Shown piece after piece: positions 50,614 to 62,513 of a stretch of 64,000 nucleotides of DNA. The stretch is from Marsupella aquatica (lineage: Eukaryota; Plantae; Marchantiophyta). The DNA is taken from NCBI GenBank assembly GCA_973895155.1, contig OZ316894.1:5852944-5916943 (forward strand), written 5' to 3'. A program made the position numbers and the translations under genes. Positions within the stretch are counted from its first letter, which is position 1, and each line of letters opens with the position of its first letter. The notes under the pieces were generated by a model that ran no database searches, was not told the DNA's origin, and worked only from the letters and a program-made list of their open reading frames with translations.

Positions 50614-51473
50614 CTTCAACGTGACAGAACTCAAGGGTGGCTCCACATTACTCAAACTACGTATATCCTCAACAAGCTTCAAGAGTTTCATATGCTTGAC
50701 TATAAACCTATATATCCACACCTTACGAATTTGGTATGCAGTTAACACAAGATCAATCACCTTCTACACCTGAGGAAATTGCAGCTATGCAGGTCATTCC
50801 ATATCAGATTGCAGTAGGTAGTTTGATGTGGCTCATGATTGTTTCACATCCTGATATATCTTATTGAGTTAGCACTGTAGCTCAATTCATGTGTAATCCC
50901 GGTCCTCAACATTGGATTGCTGTTAAGAGAATTTTTTGCTATTTACAAGCAACTAAACATTTATGTCTACAATACACCAGTCTGGACAACCTTTTCAGCT
51001 TCAAGGATACTCTGATTCATCTTATGGTGATGACTATGATTCTTGTAAATCAACTGGTGGATATTGTTTTCTACTTGCTGGTTATGCTATTAGTTGGACC
51101 AGTAATTATATGGCACTCTATAAAGCTAGTACAGAAGCTATTTGGCTTTGACAATTATTATTTGATATTGGTTTTGCTCAACAAACCACTTCTATCTTCT
51201 GCGACAATAACAGTGTCATTACACTTGTTTACACCTCCAAACATCATGAAAGATCCAAACATATTGATATACAGTTTCATTATTAAAGATCAAGTTCTTA
51301 GTGGAGATGTTAACATTACCTATATATGTTCCTACACAAGACATGACAGCTAATATCCTTACCAAAGGACTATGCACAGAACTTCATCAAAAAATACTGC
51401 CTCCTTAGGCTTAATTGTTCATATAGATTAGTTTCAATCAGATTAGTAACTTTGATTACTAATTGAGGGGGAG

Positions 51474-51773
51474 TGTTAGAGATATTCAATTAGTATCTTT
51501 ATCAATTTCTTACTTACTAATGTAGTTCTTATCCATGTGCTTAAATCACATGATTGGACAATATGTACTTATGACTCTTCAACTGAAGAGACATATACTC
51601 TAGGGTCACTCTCCAAGTGACATGTTGAAGAGACACACCTGATAGTGATGAATGTCGATTGACATCTAGTCTGATCTATTTAGTCGAGAGAGAGTTTTGA
51701 CTCGGATTGTATTCATTTCATTCAATACATTTGTTATTTGTTGAGTGTATTTCATTTCTCTCTAAATCCCACA
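51474..51773 (+). repeat. 3' LTR (300 bp)
   Basis: Preceded by the PPT and followed by the TSD GAATG. Confidence 0.95.
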
Positions 51774-52882
51774 GAATGGGCCACAATGTTTGATAAACAA
51801 TTTGTATATGGACCATTTTCAAACAGCAAGGCTTTGAACTCAAAGAGTACTTATCTTGAATTTGTATGAATGGTGATGCTTGTGTCAAAATTTGTTAGGT
51901 CCAACATTGTGATCCATCCAAGCATCATATCCTTCAGATGCCTGGGATCTCTGCCCATTCAAACTGTTCTTCAAACCTGGATGAGATCACTTATTCAAAA
52001 TGCCCTTTCTAGGAAAATCAATCATTTGGAAACTATATCAATTGAGTCAAAATATACATTTCCATGAATTATTCCCACTACACAAATACATTTGTCCTCT
52101 TTCCATGTCCAAGAAAAGAAAAATTATTCTAGTGAACAGTTGTGTCGACTGGGTTTTCCGTTCAGGACTCTTCAACTGGCATGCCACATTGATTCGTAGT
52201 GCTGCTGCCAAATACGGACTAATTTTCTTGACAATTGAGTTTGTGAGCACAAGTCAAGTCCTATTTTGGTACTAATAGACATTGCGCAAATTCACCACAT
52301 ATGCTAAAATGCACTACACCCAAGACGCAACAGTTGCACTGGTGCGGAAATCAAGGTAATGTAGTGGATCTTAGTTCTCACTAAGTGCAGAATGATCCAC
52401 CAGGTACTAGTGAATCTTAGTTGATGCATAGTACATGACACCCAAATATATTTGACATGTGCAATTTTGCCAGGTGTGTTGTGTGAGGTTTTCCTGCAAA
52501 ATTGTATTCATTTCTCACAAAACATAGTCTACAATATACATATATTGTATTCAGAGTGACCCGTTCCTGGAAATCCATTTATGATTGGTTGTACATGTTG
52601 TCTGCAGGCTGCTCCCCCATCCACTCGCAGAGATTATCTATAAGTACCATAAGTGGATACATTGGGTATGTGCAGCAGGCTCGGGGTGGAGCCGTGGAGG
52701 GGTAACAGAGTCGTGTGGGGAGGCACAGGGCAGGCGTTCAAACCTAGTGGGTGATCACAATGCCTTTCACACTAATCTCACCCAAAAGTGAGATTCAGAT
52801 AGACATGTGTGACTCGTCCTGAAACGACTTTTTGTTTTTGCAAGCAATATAAAGGCACAAACTGACAGTGGCTCGTATGAAC

Positions 52883-52983
52883 ATCATTAATGACATTCCA
52901 GGGAATAGTCCTGCTGAATTTTATTGTGAGAATTCATCATTAATGACATTCCAAGGAATAGTCCTGCTGAATTTTATTGTGAG
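52883..52983. repeat. ~53-bp tandem duplication
   Basis: catcattaatgacattcca.ggaatagtcctgctgaattttattgtgag occurs twice. Confidence 0.88.
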
Positions 52984-53450
52984 GAATTGGTTTCTTTGAG
53001 AATGTCCTCACCCTTGCCCTCACTCTGGATTGGCCTTGACGTCATATTTGGCCAACAAATTCTCAATTGAAATGTCAGCCATATAAGGTCCTTGCAGGTT
53101 TTGAAGAGTAACTTCCCTCATATATGCTCTTGAAAATCTGCCACCCAAAGAGCTACCTTGGCCTCCCTGGTTTAGCCTCCAACCTGATCAACAATTGTGC
53201 CTAATTTGAAACATTTGACAAGTGCACTGCTATGGCTTTCCTTGCCAAGTTCCAAGCCAAAAGTTGTGGCTCAGTGGCTGTCTTCTCTTGCTCTGGTCCA
53301 GGTATGGATTGGGTCACACTCATGGAGTCAATTCATGTCTATCAGGAACAAGCTTGACGGCTCATGTTCCGAATTAGATGTTCTTTTCCCAGTACTATTG
53401 GGCATGAATCCAGGAACACATTTAGGCTGTGGGGTTGTTTTCCTATATAC

Positions 53451-53630
53451 TTCAATTGGGTGGTCCTCAAATATCCCTTGTTTTCTTGGCAGCTTTGCAT
53501 TGATTACCCTACCCCCCTTGCCACCCCTACTCTGGGGTCGCTTTCCAATCCACCTCAATTGGGTGGTCCAAACATCCCCTGTTTCTTGGCGACTTTGCAT
53601 TGATTATCATTCACCCCCTTGCCACCTCTA
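53451..53630. repeat. ~103-bp-period degenerate duplication
   Basis: tcaattgggtggtcc..aaa.atccc.tgttt.cttggc..ctttgcattgatta...ccccttgccacc.cta occurs twice. Confidence 0.75.
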
Positions 53631-55384
53631 CGCTGGTTCTTGAAAAGGTGGGTGACATACAGGTTTATGCCCCTAAAGTGAAAAGTGTTATTTGATAGGA
53701 CCCTTGAGTGATCCAGACCTTTGATAGAGTTATCCAGACCTTTGATAGATCTTAACTCAACGTACTGAAAACTTTTGTCAGTTGGGGAGAAGGTTAGGTT
53801 TGGGGTCCTTCAAGCAAATACCTTGGGCCACATCCAAAGCTCTTGGCACAATGCAACAACTGGGGTAGGGGTACCATCCTGAACCCATGAAACCCCCCAA
53901 AACCCCCAAATTGGGCACAAGCCTGCCTCTACACGTGGCCAGCTGGCAAAATTTCACTGAAAAATGGCACGTACATCAGCCAAATTTACACACGCCCGAA
54001 ATCAGCTTTAATTAGAAGTAAATGATAATAAATAATGAACGGGTCTAGACCAGTCGTCAGATCTTAAGATCAACGGCGCAGAGTTTCTGAGGGATGTCCC
54101 CTGAAAATGCCGCATAATTCCGAAGTGCATCGGCGCACTGGCTATGGAGTCGAGACTTTGTTGAGAGTCCTCGACCATTGGCTATGGATTGAGAAACTTG
54201 AGGAATTGAGGAGACTTGGGTTTGCTTGAAATGTCGAAGGCTTCGGGCGGCGCGGAGATGGATCGATGGAATCCTCAAAGTAAATTTACAATTAATTGCG
54301 TTGCATGCAAGTTGCTCGAGGTGTTTCTCATTTCTGCTCCTTCGATGCATGCGACTGACAAGCTCTTGGAGACTGCCCTGCCCTCTCCTGTAGCAGAATC
54401 GCAGAATGCTCGTGTGTCCATAGAATGTCTCCGCACGATCTGCGGTTTAAGCCTCATCATCAAGTTCGCCATTGATTTCACCGGGGGACATGTTGGGAGC
54501 GCTCCAGGGCCCCGCGGACATTGCACAGTGATCACTCCCTTGGAAAGTTGGATTGATTGATTCATTTGATTTATCTCTGCTTGGATCCTTTCGTTCAATA
54601 GGGGGTCTAGGCACCGGGTTTAATAACATGCAATGCAGGACAACAGGACGCCAGACATGCAGCCAGAGTTTAGGCCAGTAGCGAGACATTGTCTTGTGGA
54701 TGGTATGATTATTGGATTGGGGACTCTCCGAGACTCCGAGCTAGTGAGTTTTATTAGCGGTGCGACTGGTTTCAGACGGACCGTGCTCACCGGCAATAAA
54801 CAACCCCATCGCTTTCAGTTTTCCCACTTTCTGGGAACCTATGCAGTTAGTCTGATGTTTATTATTGTCATGTTCCCTAGGTGGCCAGCTTTGAGCCTTT
54901 GAGAGTGTCCATCGTACTATTTATTATTAGTAGACGGCATCGATCAAATGGAGTAGTAAATTGCCGCAAGTGAGAATTGAATTCCTTGACGCCACTAGCC
55001 TAATAAAGCCGAAAACTTGCAAGCGTGTTCTCTTTTGGTCCCCAAGAAGAGGTAAGTGGTTGCCGCGTGATGTGGAGTCGTTGCTAAAACCAGGGGTACA
55101 CTAAACGGACCCTCGTGTCTGCCCTCGTTTTTTGCCATGAAAGTTTCCAGTTAATTTCCATACAATTTTGAGGCCTGTCTGAGTGCCTTGCTTGTCGTAA
55201 GCAGCTCGTGATGGTGATGGTAGAATATTAATGGTTGAGTGTATAGTGTGTGACTTTCTGCATTGTGGGATATATTGCCCCGAAATTCGAAAAATGCAAA
55301 GAGAAAAATCATGAAGGGCATTTAGTAAGGCGGAGTCCCTGCACGTTGATTTACTCTGAGGATAAGCATCCTCAGTCTGTAGGA

Positions 55385-55478
55385 AAGAGAAAGTTTGCGT
55401 TGCAGGCATCCTGTAGAGAAAGAGAAAGTTTGCGTTGCAGGCATCCTCTGTAGAGAAAGAGAAAGTTTGCGTTGCAGT
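55385..55478. repeat. ~35-bp tandem repeat (agagaaagtttgcgttgcaggcatcctgtagagaa) x~2.7
   Basis: Read directly from the sequence. Confidence 0.88.
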
Positions 55479-58059
55479 GCAGACGGACGGCCTAGGGAGG
55501 CTTTAGACCATTCCACGGATCCACTGCCACCCATCCAATCAAGCTACTGTAGTGTTGTCGACCTACCCAAATCCGATATGATCCTTCCCATGCCAGGACC
55601 CCGTGGCCATTTGAAAAGCTCTACCAACTACTAACCACTGTAGTTGACCTCAAAGAAGCTCAGACACAATATGCCCGTTTGAAAAGAGCGAGTCACTGTG
55701 ATCGACCAGAAAAGGCTTGGGCATGATCTTTCCGTGCTTGCCCGCCCGCCATCCATCGGTAATTGTTGAGATTCAAGCCGCAATACTGTAGTCCTAGAAA
55801 GTCCCGAGCATGATCTCTCCATACTGGCCGTTGTTCTACCCATAGCTGCTCTACAAAATTTGCGCCACTGTAGAAAAGCAGGATCACGATTTCTACTGTG
55901 GCCATCTATGGAAGGCCGTTTGAATGAATTCGAGCAACTGTAGTCCGGGCTACCTCATATTGCTCGAGCTTGATAACTATCTCCTGGCTAAATGACATTC
56001 TCAATTATATGAAGTTACTATCAATCGATCGATGTTCGGAAAAAAATTGAATCCCGGATTTGAATGTGATCCCAACTCCCGAAAACGAGAGAGGGAGGCC
56101 ATTGATAGCAGACGGTGGCTCACATCGTAAATACAAGTAAGTTCCTGCGCAATGTCAGCGTCCCTTCTCATGAGCGATCCCACATCGCCATGAGTATATA
56201 GTAACAACATGAAGTAACGGAAAGAAGTATGCGACAATTCGATTAAAGCAAACGGCTGGAGGAACAATTCGCTGGAGACTGGAATTTGCCACTGTTAGCA
56301 AGAATGAGTGAATGAATGACAGACTGATACTACGTACAAACTTTCCGTTCATGATCATGAGGCCATCTCTTGATCGTGCCGGCACGATTGAAAAAGTGGC
56401 TACCAGGCACAGCGACAGAGTCAGATTGATTCGAAATTGAACATACAAGCCATGCCTTCCAAGCTCCAACTCCTAGATTTTCGAATTTGGAGAAAGATTC
56501 GCTTCTGTAACGAACAACTAGCAACGACACTCTCTGACGTCACCATCTCTTGTTCGAAAAGGCTCTGCTTCAACCCCTATTCCCCTCTCGCAAGAGCTGG
56601 CGAATTCGATCGTAAACCCCTGTAGAACAACACTCACTAGCTTACTGTCAGTGGATGTTGTTTCCTGAGGATGCAATTTTCATAGTTGAGGATAAAATTA
56701 GCTATCGGTGTTGTGAAGACAGAATCACCATTCCTGTCTCCCGCCTTCACACAGCTTGTCTTCGCCGACATCAATGTCGGCTGAGGCGAAAAGTCAGGAA
56801 CTGTGATGAGCTCCTCATAGAACCGGTCAAGTGTTTGGATTTTGCTATCATGATGAGTTCACATGTTCATGACCACCACGACGATGACTGCCAGTCTGGC
56901 ACCCTGCGCAGGACCTTTAAATACCCCTAAAAAAAAATCCATTTTTTCCAGAACGATAGTAACAAATCAAATCGCTAAAGCAATGGACAGCAAACGATCA
57001 CAGAAAAGCGCACTGTCGTGGCTTACTCGCAGAGTTCTAGACCCTCCTTTGGCTTCGACGATAGCATCCACCTTGACACTGACGAGCAAAGACTACATAT
57101 ATCATCAGCGAGCAACGAATGGATGCAATAGTTTAGTACTTTCGCATGTCGACTCTCCTGTCAGACAAACGGCGGTGCATCCAAACTCACAGATCAGAAT
57201 TTACTTCACGTCGTCATGGAAGCTTTTTTTGGAGATGAATAGCGCCCTGACGAGTCGCTCCATCTTTAGTCCTCTCTCTTTGCATTTTTGGCTTGCTCTC
57301 TTGTTGTCTTTTCTCTCGTTCATTTCTCTTTCATTTGGCAAACTGCTCTTTCATGCATGTAATTTCTTGGGGTCTCCCTTCGAGTCAATTCAGTTTGTTA
57401 GCTAGGGACAATGGTTGCAGTTAATCCAGAACTTTCGTATGATCGATCACCACCCTCCGATTTCTTGGGGCTCTTATATTGAGGATAGACTTTGGAATGG
57501 TGGGTTTGGGTTCAGGATTTCTGAATTTGACAGCCAGCTCCAGAAAGTTTATGCGTATCAGCTTCAATTTCAGCAGTTCTCGTGTCAGTCCCTTGTAGTT
57601 AGCTAGCGTGAAGGCTTTCAGCTGGAATGGAACGTAGACAATGCTCCAGTACATACACAGCCAGGCTCTTATCCTTTTTTGAAATGTCATCAGCTACCCA
57701 TCTCCTTGCCAGCATTGCTACCAACCAAACACCGAGGACGATGACGGCCGCACAGATATAGACGCAGCGAGACATATATGCTCAGAAATTGACGAAATGA
57801 AAATCAATCAACCGAGGGACTGTGACCGTAAGAGTAACATTCAAAGCGATTTGCTGAATGTAGCAAATCTGCGTATAAATTCCAGACACGTTTTCCAGCT
57901 CAAAGGATTCCGTGCTGCACTAGTTAAATTTCTTCTTTGGCTGTTTCCTTCTTGGAAGGCTTAGTATCTTTCCTGGTACCAGCCGTTTTGTTTGCACTTC
58001 TGACCTGTGGTCCACCTTTGGAGTTGCCCTTGTGGTGGCCTCGTTGTATACTGTCTCTA

Positions 58060-58305
58060 TGAACGAAATTTAAACAGATCTTTCAAGGGGAAAAGACCTC
58101 TTCTAAGGTGTATTTTCTAGCTTTTGTGAATGAAATTTAAAAAGATCTTTCATGGCAAAAAAAACTCTTCAAAGGTGTGTTTTTCCAGCTCTTGTGAATG
58201 AAATTTAAAAATATCTTTCAAGGCAAAAAATAATTCTTCAAAGGTGTGATTTCCAGAATTCAAAAAATCTTTCCAGCAAAACATAAATTCAAAGGTGTGT
58301 TTTCA
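58060..58305. repeat. ~68-bp degenerate tandem array x~4
   Basis: gaaatttaaa.a.atctttca.gg.aaaa...tcttc.aaggtgt is repeated. Confidence 0.8.
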
Positions 58306-58566
58306 TCCCTCCAGACACGCTAACCGACTCACACGCTAATCTCTCTTGAAGAGCCAAAAGGGCATTGCGAGAGAACAATATTGCACGGTTGATAGTTAAA
58401 ACGCTAACAATCACATATTTAGAATAACACTCACTGGTTTAAAGAGTATAATTTGGTGTATCATGGTATGGAGTGACATCATACATCAAATATCAGCACA
58501 TGTTCATGTGCGATTAGCGGGGATGCTTGAATTTCTCACAAGTGCACACATGTCTATGCTGACAAT

Positions 58567-58737
58567 GGAGAGATGTACTTGATGGACCCCTAAATTGAAA
58601 TGTCTTACTTGATAGACCCCATGAGCCTTTGGGTACATTGATTTGAGATCTATCAAGGGTCTGGATCACTCATGGACCTGCTCATGAGTCCATCAAGAAA
58701 CACTTTGCATTTTGGGGGTCCATCAAGTATCTCTCCC
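58567..58737. mobile_element. Mutator-like MITE (~170 bp, long TIRs, 9-bp TSD)
   Basis: The left arm ggagagatgtacttgatggacccctaaattgaaatg...catgagc pairs with the right arm gctcatg...cattttgggggtccatcaagtatctctcc. Flanks are gctgacaat / ggtgacaat (8 of 9 match). A related fragment lies at ~53665-53770. Confidence 0.75.
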
Positions 58738-59085
58738 GGTGACAATCAGGACAGACGTGCACATCTATGCTCATGGAGAGCCCTTTCTATGCTCCAGACG
58801 CTTTGTAGTTGCTTTTTCCTTTCAATAGCTCTAAGGCTGTGTAGTTGCTTTTTCCTTTCTATGTTTCCAAGGCTGTGTAGTTGGGTGGTTGTTCCCACAT
58901 TTGTATCTCCTGTCCAGGACCAAAAGAGTACAAAAATCTTACTGGCTACCTATTTACATGCCCCCTAAAGATCAGACAGACGTCCAAAAAGTCACAGGCA
59001 TAATTAAAGAACCTTGCTTATGGCAGTGCTTTGAGACACTCAATTAGCAAGCAGTTGACAATGTCTTCTCTACACTTGAACATGC

Positions 59086-59172
59086 ATTTTCACTCTGCCT
59101 CCAGAGCAAATGATTTTCACTCTGCCTCCGGAGCAAATGATTTTCACACTGCCTCCAGAGCAAATGAGTTTT
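59086..59172. repeat. 27-bp tandem repeat (attttcactctgcctccagagcaaatg) x3
   Basis: Read directly from the sequence. Confidence 0.88.
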
Positions 59173-59571
59173 ACTAGTGACCACTTAGAGAAATTCTTCT
59201 GGTGTTTTTTCAAACCCCTGCCCAATATGCACAGATAACAAAAACTAATTCGACTCAACCAGTCTGGTTTGGGGACTCTCTCCCTCCCGGCTGGTTAGAC
59301 TTCCCGTTAGCTGGTCTCAAACCTCAAAATTTGATGGACCTAGCCGGGGACCTAGCTTAACTTACAAACTCAACAAGTTATGGACTACCAAATCCACAAT
59401 TCCACAAATGTTTCCTATAAAGATTGGTCCGATGCCATGACTGTACATCACTGCATGACTGTACGTCACTGTAGAGACTAGTGAAAAATGGTGACATACT
59501 TAACCCTGTGAGAAAGCTCTGGTAATTTGTTGTGGTCAAAAGCCATCATCAGCAACTCTGAATCGTTGAGA

Positions 59572-60400
59572 TGCCCTATTGGATCCCTGGGTATCTTTCC
59601 CTTGTGGTTACCCTAGAGAGAAGCATAGTCCAAAGTTTATTGTCTATCTTCTATTGGTTGGGTCTCCTTTCCATGTCAAGGCAACAAGAGAAGAAACTAA
59701 TTAATGGAAATAGTTTTGTTTAGCTCAGCCTAGTCAGTTTTGGGGCTCTGATTTAACCCTCTCTCCCTTGTGGTTGAAGTCCCTATTGGATCCCTATGTA
59801 CCTTCCCTTTGTGATTACCCCTACAAAGGGTCATGCTCTGAAGTTGATGGTCTATTCTCTGTTGGATGGGTCTGCTTTTGGGTACAAGGCAAAAAAAATG
59901 TCAATGGGTGGGAAGTAACAAAAAGGCTTGCCGGAACTTTTAAGTGACAAAAAGGCTTGCTGGAACTTTTTTTCACACACCACAAACCCAAAATACTGTC
60001 CGACAAAGGTCGCCCAGTACTCTCAGACAAGGAGGAAAGGTAGTTTTATTTAGCTCAGCCAAGTCTGGCTTGGGGCCCTAATTTAACCCTGACTCTCTGA
60101 CTCCTGGTTTGGGTACCTATTGGATCCCTGGGTATCTTCCCCTCTAGATCGGTTGCATGGGTCTCCTTTGGGTTTCAAGGCACCAAAACTTGCACGGAAA
60201 ATAATGAAAATTAAAATTCGTTTGACTCAGCCAAGTCCGGCTTGGGGCCCTGGTTTAACCGTCTCTCCTCCTGGGTAGAGTTCCTGTTAGATCCCTAGGT
60301 ATAGTCCCCTTGTGGCTCCCTAATTAAAGTGGTGCATGCTCTCAAGTTGATCATCTATTCTCTATTTGGAGGGCTCTGCTTTGGGTTGCAAGGCAAATAA
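59572..60400. repeat. Degenerate 200-300-bp repeat units x3-4
   Basis: Recurrent cctattggatccct.ggta.ct.ccc.ttgtg, tctattctct.tt.g.tggg and tt.gctcagcc.agtc.g..t.gggg.cct.atttaaccc blocks. Confidence 0.65.
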
Positions 60401-62513
60401 AAGCTCCTCTGAAACCCTTCAAAAAAACAGGATCTCCTCTGAAACCCTGCAAAATGACAGGATAACCTGTGCTGGTGCAGAGAGTGTTACCTAGCATTAA
60501 AGTAGTCTGTTTTGTCTAAATTGCAAAAAGCACACTGCTTGGGACCACCAGACCGTGGAAGCTCCTTATTTGAAACGAGCAAAGGAACCTGTTCGAAATC
60601 CAACATGCCCTCCCACATTAGTGCGTAATGTGAAACAATGGAGAGATATTGACTGCAGTGATTGTAACCCAGGTAAACATGCTGACATAATCCTCAGTTT
60701 CGTGCAAGGCTCTGCAGATAGATTACAGGCAGTGAAAAAGAATAGCAGTTCTGTTTGTCTAGAAGAAAAGGGTCAAACAAACTACAATGTAGGAAAAGGC
60801 AAAAGAGGTCCAAGGCTGGCAAACACCAAAGTCACAAGTGAGCAAACCTTTCTTTTCCTCTCTTTAGTGAGCAAAGGCAAACTTGGAAAGAGGGAAAATA
60901 AACAAACAAACAAAAAGTTTCTCATCTTTGCTTTCATATCTGACATATCCTTTTTGTCTAGACACTTTTTATTTTCGTTTCAGGGCCTTTACAGAACAAT
61001 GATGCTCTGGCTTTGGTTTTCAGTCAGCACTTATGTTCGTTGTCCCCTGAATCTCATTTGTTGTTTTGTTCCTTTTTGAGTCTTTGTTCCTTTTTGAGTC
61101 CTTGTTTCTTACTGGGGGTCCCATCTTTGTTTTTTGTTTTTTGGAAAGGGGGGCGCAGAGGCCGTCAAAAACAGGCAAGGCGGCGAAGACCACCCAAGAA
61201 GGAACCAAACTGGACCCAAGGGGGTCCCATCTTTGTATAATTGTCTTCACAGGTTATGAAAGCAAACTAGATTTTCAAGCGATTTCCAATTGGCTGTTCT
61301 TATGCTTAAAATGACTACATAGACGCTGTCAGCCACGTCTCGAGCTGGATCTACAGAACAGTACAGTTGGGTAGCAATGTGGCTGGCTGGGCATGGTGAT
61401 CAATCCTGCAAATTCAAGGTTGGACAATCTTATCCATTGCTTTAACTATCTTACATGTTTGGCAGTTGCTAGTAAACATATGCGACTTGTGAATAACAAA
61501 ATGTATATTTTAAGGTAATAATGGTATGTGTAAATCTAGTAAGGCATTTCGATGCTTTTTCAAAGTTCAAACAGTGAACTAGGCAATTCTGAAGTACCAC
61601 ATTGAAGCTTTGCACGACACTGTTGCAAACAGACTAATCAGTCTTTCGACTAAGACTTGAGGACATGAACGTGTTTGTGAAAAGCCATACTAGCTGCTCT
61701 GTTTGTTCTTCTTGACGCCTGCCTTGGTTGGTCATTAGAGGATTTCATTATAAACTTCTGTCGCTTGCAGGGAACTGCTGAGAGTGACAAATCAGACCAT
61801 CACTTCAGCAGTGTTGGGTTCTTAGAACCCAGTAATGATTTAATTGAATCTCGCTAGTTGCTAAGCACCTGCCTGAGACAGCTGAGTACTGCAAGAAATA
61901 ACGCACTAGCGATATACATCGAAACAAGATCGGCTCAAATTTGCAAATCAACATAACTGGCGTATGTTTCAACTCTGGCACTGTCCAAATACGCAAGCTA
62001 GAGATACACACAACAAGGGAGAGTGAACTCTGAAAGCAGAGATCCCTTATTTGAAAGACACTAGCATCCCTAAAGTTAACAAAGTGATAGAGCTTTGGCT
62101 GCAATGTGCACCGAGGATGAAAGCAATGTTGTTAAAATAGTAAATGTACCATGGCCCAACAACTCACGCTTCCCCTTCGTTTGACTGAGCAACAAAATTT
62201 CTGGAAGGTCCGATCCTTCTCTAGTAACAGTCCTGCGGACAACGAGCATATTAGAATACTATCTCTGACTGTTGAGACGAGCATTGCATAACATCAATCA
62301 GTTTCGGCCAAACCTGTCATCAAGCACTGAACATTCAATTTTTTTAATGTTTAATTGAACATCATGGTAACATATGACCTCGAAAATGCGTGAGATTGCT
62401 GGTCCTTAGAAAAATTGAGGAGCTGTCACCTGATTGGAAGACTTTCATCATTGTGAGCAAGCAGGGAATGTCAATTGCAGGTAAACATCCAGAATCCACA
62501 ACTTTTGACAGAG

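Larger units (their letters stand above)
46500..51410 (+). pseudogene. Copia gag-pol pseudogene (many stops and frameshifts, two MITE insertions)
   Basis: Fragmentary ORFs at 47450, 48397, 49637, 50071 and 50963 carry PR, INT, RT and RH motifs. Confidence 0.92.
46045..51773 (+). mobile_element. Full-length, decayed Ty1/Copia LTR retrotransposon
   Basis: LTRs 46045-46337 and 51474-51773 (TG...CA) with 5-bp TSD GAATG on both sides. PBS TGGTATCAGAGCC at 46338; PPT GAGGGGGAG at 51465-51473. Domain remnants occur in Copia order: zinc knuckle CFCCNLKDHHVKDC, protease WYLDIGATHHM, GAG-pre-integrase LWHSRLGH, integrase YTPQQNGVAERKN, RT YKACLVAKGFTQ / ALYVDD, RNase H GYSDSSYGDD..KSTGGY. Confidence 0.97.

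Noticed and set aside
46045-51773. Idea that the Copia interior is too decayed for its LTR similarity (mobilised in trans)
   Set aside because: The indel density seen between the LTRs, extrapolated over ~4.5 kb, is enough to explain the internal frameshifts.
56177-56200. ATCCCACATCG matches the plant snRNA upstream sequence element (USE)
   Set aside because: The TATATA lies only ~7 nt downstream instead of the ~25-35 nt expected, and no recognisable snRNA, telomerase RNA or 7SL sequence follows.
60555-61314. 174-aa and overlapping ORFs
   Set aside because: They have a non-ATG start, a low-complexity T-rich end and no motif.
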